Positions 18,219-20,614 of a DNA stretch of 20,614 nucleotides are shown piece after piece (position 1 is the first letter of the stretch; the number at the start of each line of letters is the position of its first letter). This DNA is from Fidelibacterota bacterium (GTDB lineage Bacteria; Fidelibacterota; Marinisomatia; Marinisomatales; UBA2128): positions 1-20,614 of the forward strand of contig JBHHUM010000036.1 in NCBI GenBank assembly GCA_046861645.1. The letters are read 5' to 3'. A program made the position numbers and the translations under genes. The notes beneath the pieces are model-generated. The model saw nothing but the letters and a program-made list of their open reading frames with translations. It was not told the origin of the DNA and did not search any database.

Positions 18219-19349
18219 TCAAACAGTTAATTTTCCCAGTACTACCGGGTGATTTGCTCCCGTTACCGCAGGTAGATTTCCGGGGATTCCTTTCAAATAT
18301 GCCGCTCCGAGAATGGCAAACCCTAAAGCTTCTTTCGTATCAGGATCGATGCCATACTGATCTGAAGTGATCACCGTGATCGGAGCAAACTCCTTTTTCA
18401 GCCATCTCATGACTGCCTGGTTATGGACTCCACCTCCACTTACAATGACTTCACTGACCTTATCCATTGATAGAAACTTATGGCAATTTACCGCAACCGC
18501 ACGGGCAGTAAAAAGAGATAATGATGCCAACAGATGGGAAGGTTCCCAATTCGATAAATTCGAGACGTATTTCTCTAACCACACAGCCCCAAAATAATCA
18601 CGACCGGTGGATTTTGGGGGGTGTTCCAGAACAAACCTATCGCTCATCCAACTGCTTACAGATTTTTCATCAGCTGTGCCCGATAGAGCCTTGCTGCCCC
18701 CAGCGTCGAGTGGTTCATGCAGAAGTTTCCCAGCTACTTCATCGAGAAGTGACATTCCGGGTCCGGTATCGAAGCCCATTATCTCCAGGCCACTATCCGT
18801 GGGAGGAAGGAAAGTCACATTTGCAATCCCACCGAGATTCAGACAGATTACGGCCTTGGTCTCCTGTTGCAACAACCATTTATCCACCACGGGGATCAAC
18901 GGAGCCCCCGTTCCTCCCGCAGAAATATCCCGAGCCCGGAAATCGGAGATCACAGGTAGCCCCAGCACCTCGGCCAGAAAGGAGGGTTCACCGACTTGCA
19001 ACGTCGCCACACCGCTAATATGATGTATAGTCTGCCCATGCAAAGCCACAGCATCGATATCTTTTATTGAAGCTTCTGACCGTAAAATATGTGTTTGATC
19101 GGCATAATACCGACCCAGTTCATAATGAATACGGGTTACATGATCGGTAGAGCCAGTGAGAGCCTGGCGAATTTTCTGACGCAGTGCCTGTGGAAAAGAA
19201 ACAGATTTAGTTTTAACCAGCTCACATTGTACTGAGTTATCAGAAAAGGTAACATCAGCAACGCATATATCGAGACCATCCATGGAAGTCCCCGTCATCA
19301 GGCCCATCATCCGAAGTGTCTGCTTATCTTTCAGATCAGTCAGGTTCAT
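18219..19349 (-). CDS. anmK: Anhydro-N-acetylmuramic acid kinase
   Basis: GLMTGTSMDGLD, HGQTIHH, DFRARDISAGGTGAPLIP, NLGGIANVT, FDTGPG, PPKSTGRD, SGGGVHN, KEALGFA. Start at ATG 19349 (MNLTDL), overlapping the murQ end by 14 nt. Confidence 0.95.
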   Translation of the reverse strand: MNLTDLKDKQTLRMMGLMTGTSMDGLDICVADVTFSDNSVQCELVKTKSVSFPQALRQKIRQALTGSTDHVTRIHYELGRYYADQTHILRSEASIKDIDAVALHGQTIHHISGVATLQVGEPSFLAEVLGLPVISDFRARDISAGGTGAPLIPVVDKWLLQQETKAVICLNLGGIANVTFLPPTDSGLEIMGFDTGPGMSLLDEVAGKLLHEPLDAGGSKALSGTADEKSVSSWMSDRFVLEHPPKSTGRDYFGAVWLEKYVSNLSNWEPSHLLASLSLFTARAVAVNCHKFLSMDKVSEVIVSGGGVHNQAVMRWLKKEFAPITVITSDQYGIDPDTKEALGFAILGAAYLKGIPGNLPAVTGANHPVVLGKLTV

Positions 19350-20250
19350 TTTCCAGAAAAGGTCTGAGAAATCCTCCCTGTTCATCCAAAAGGGCTTTCG
19401 CCTGTTGATAATTACAGTTTTGCGAATACATAACAATGGCTGTTTTCACTTCCATGTTAGCCTGCTGGAGAAGTTCCCCGGCTTCGTTGTAAGAGAGGGT
19501 AGTAATTTGAGATATAATCCGGATACCACGATCAACCAATTTCTCATTCACGGCACTGAGGTCCACCATGAGATTACCATAGACTTTCCCCAGACGAACC
19601 ATGGTGGCCGTGGAAATCATGTTGAGGACCATTTTAGTGGCTGTTCCGGATTTCATCCGAGTCGAACCGGTGATGACCTCCTGCCCAACGTTTACGGGAA
19701 TCAGTACATCGACTTCGATTTCTATCAGCGGTTTGGGGTTACAGATGAGGAAAACCGTTCCACAGTTGGACTCCCGGCCATATTCCAGAGCCCGCAATAC
19801 ATACGGAGTCGTGCTGCTACTGGCAATTCCCACAACTAAGTCTCCGGAGGACAAACCAGCTTCCTTAAGATCACGTACTGCATCTTCCGGTTTATCTTCG
19901 GCTCCCTCGATGGAACGGGTTAGAGCTTCCTTACCCCCCGCTATGATCCCGGTGAACCATTCCGGTGGCGCTGAAAATGTTGGCGGGCACTCAGTCGCAT
20001 CCAGAACGCCCAGGCGACCACTGGTACCGGCACCCACGTAAAAGACCCGGTGTCCTCCCCTGATAGCCTCCACTGCCAGCACTACTGCCTCCTCCACTGC
20101 TGAGAGGACCTCCCCTACGACACCAGCCACCCCGGCATCTTCGGTATTGATGATCGTCAGTATTTCAGCTATGGAACGGGAATCCAGATCGAGAGAATGG
20201 ACGTTCTGCTGCTCGGTGGTAAGTTGTTCTCTATTCAGCTTAACGGTCAT
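19336..20250 (-). CDS. murQ: N-acetylmuramic acid 6-phosphate etherase
   Basis: LTTEQQN, YVGAGTSGRLGVLDATECPPTF, EGAED, GQEVITGSTRMKSGTATKMVLNMIST, GKVYGNLMVD, NEKLVDR. Start at ATG 20250 (MTVKLN). Confidence 0.96.
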   Translation of the reverse strand: MTVKLNREQLTTEQQNVHSLDLDSRSIAEILTIINTEDAGVAGVVGEVLSAVEEAVVLAVEAIRGGHRVFYVGAGTSGRLGVLDATECPPTFSAPPEWFTGIIAGGKEALTRSIEGAEDKPEDAVRDLKEAGLSSGDLVVGIASSSTTPYVLRALEYGRESNCGTVFLICNPKPLIEIEVDVLIPVNVGQEVITGSTRMKSGTATKMVLNMISTATMVRLGKVYGNLMVDLSAVNEKLVDRGIRIISQITTLSYNEAGELLQQANMEVKTAIVMYSQNCNYQQAKALLDEQGGFLRPFLENEPD

Positions 20251-20401
20251 GGCAGTGGATAAAGTTACGGAAGAGAGACTAAGGAGGGAAATAGATTGGA
20301 TCGACCTAAATTCTAAAAAAATTGACCTGACAAAAACCAGCCTGGCCATCCTTCAATGTACTTTGCAAAATCCAGAAAAATTAATTGATGCTTTCATGGT
20401 A

Positions 20402-20426
20402 CTTGAATTCAACTACTAAGTGCAAC
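20402..20426 (+). repeat. Candidate left terminal inverted repeat of the IS30-family element
   Basis: Its reverse complement GTTGCACTTAGTAGTTGAATTCAAG matches the GTTGCA...TTGAAT pattern I recall at IS30-family right ends. The exact boundary is unverified. Confidence 0.55.
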
Positions 20427-20502
20427 TCAAAGACTGTTTGTGAAATAAGCGGAGCCGCTGTAGGCTTCTTGCTTTTCTCACCGACAAAAATGAGGTGCAC
20501 AA

Positions 20503-20614
20503 ATGAAACACTACAGCCAGCTCACGCTGGAACAAAGGTACGGAATATATTCGTTGCTTAAAACAGGACAAACGCAAAAGAAGATTGCTGAAGTAATTGG
20601 TGTCCACAAATCGA
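20503..20614 (+). CDS. IS30-family transposase, N-terminal HTH (3'-truncated); not in the ORF track
   Basis: GAGGTG RBS at 20492-20497. MKHYSQLTLEQRYGIYSLLKTGQTQKKIAEVIGVHKS matches the Y.QLT.EQR..I..L...G..Q..IA..IG.HKS pattern of IS30 transposases. Confidence 0.85.
   Translation, partial: MKHYSQLTLEQRYGIYSLLKTGQTQKKIAEVIGVHKS

Larger units (their letters stand above)
20402..20614 (+). mobile_element. Left end of an IS30-family insertion sequence, truncated by the window edge
   Basis: Transposase N-terminus at 20503, preceded by CTTGAATTCAACTACTAAGTGCAAC, which resembles IS30-family terminal inverted repeats as I recall them. The partner IR is outside the window. Confidence 0.75.

Noticed and set aside
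18521..20041. Plus-strand ORFs of 138-185 aa (18521, 18607, 19282, 19601)
   Set aside because: All are antisense to anmK/murQ, which have clear family motifs, and their translations look like shadow ORFs.
18600..20250. Locally higher GC in anmK/murQ as a sign of horizontal transfer
   Set aside because: Spot counts vary widely (24 to 40 G+C per 60-nt line) and Gly/Ala-rich coding can explain it. It cannot be supported without a computed profile.
20416..20607. 63-aa minus-strand ORF
   Set aside because: Antisense to the IS30 transposase start, which has an RBS and a recognisable HTH.

Overview
Gene-dense bacterial core-genome window. The lineage is inferred as FCB-like (possibly Marinimicrobia-like) from gene content and motif variants only. 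On the + strand: the 3' part of a P5C/glutamate-semialdehyde dehydrogenase (pruA/rocA type), a COG2403 P-loop NTPase that resembles arginine synthetase (ArcE) more than true cDPG synthetase, a coupled sucC-sucD-ndk-SPOR lipoprotein-unknown membrane protein unit ending in an intrinsic terminator, and the canonical yceD-rpmF-plsX-fabH-fabD-fabG-acpP-fabF-rnc cluster. rpmF is missing from the ORF track. On the - strand, converging on rnc: murQ-anmK-PMM/PGM-polyprenyl synthase-bifunctional PGI/PMI, then a DUF151+UVR nuclease. The last ~210 bp are the left end of an IS30-family element, also missing from the ORF track. I saw no rRNA, tRNA or CRISPR. The best leads are a possible ATP-conserving arginine catabolic module with a palindromic operator candidate, the uncharacterised SPOR lipoprotein/acidic-tail membrane protein pair, the zero-gap convergence of two nuclease genes, and the peptidoglycan-recycling/mannose-phosphate/prenyl operon.
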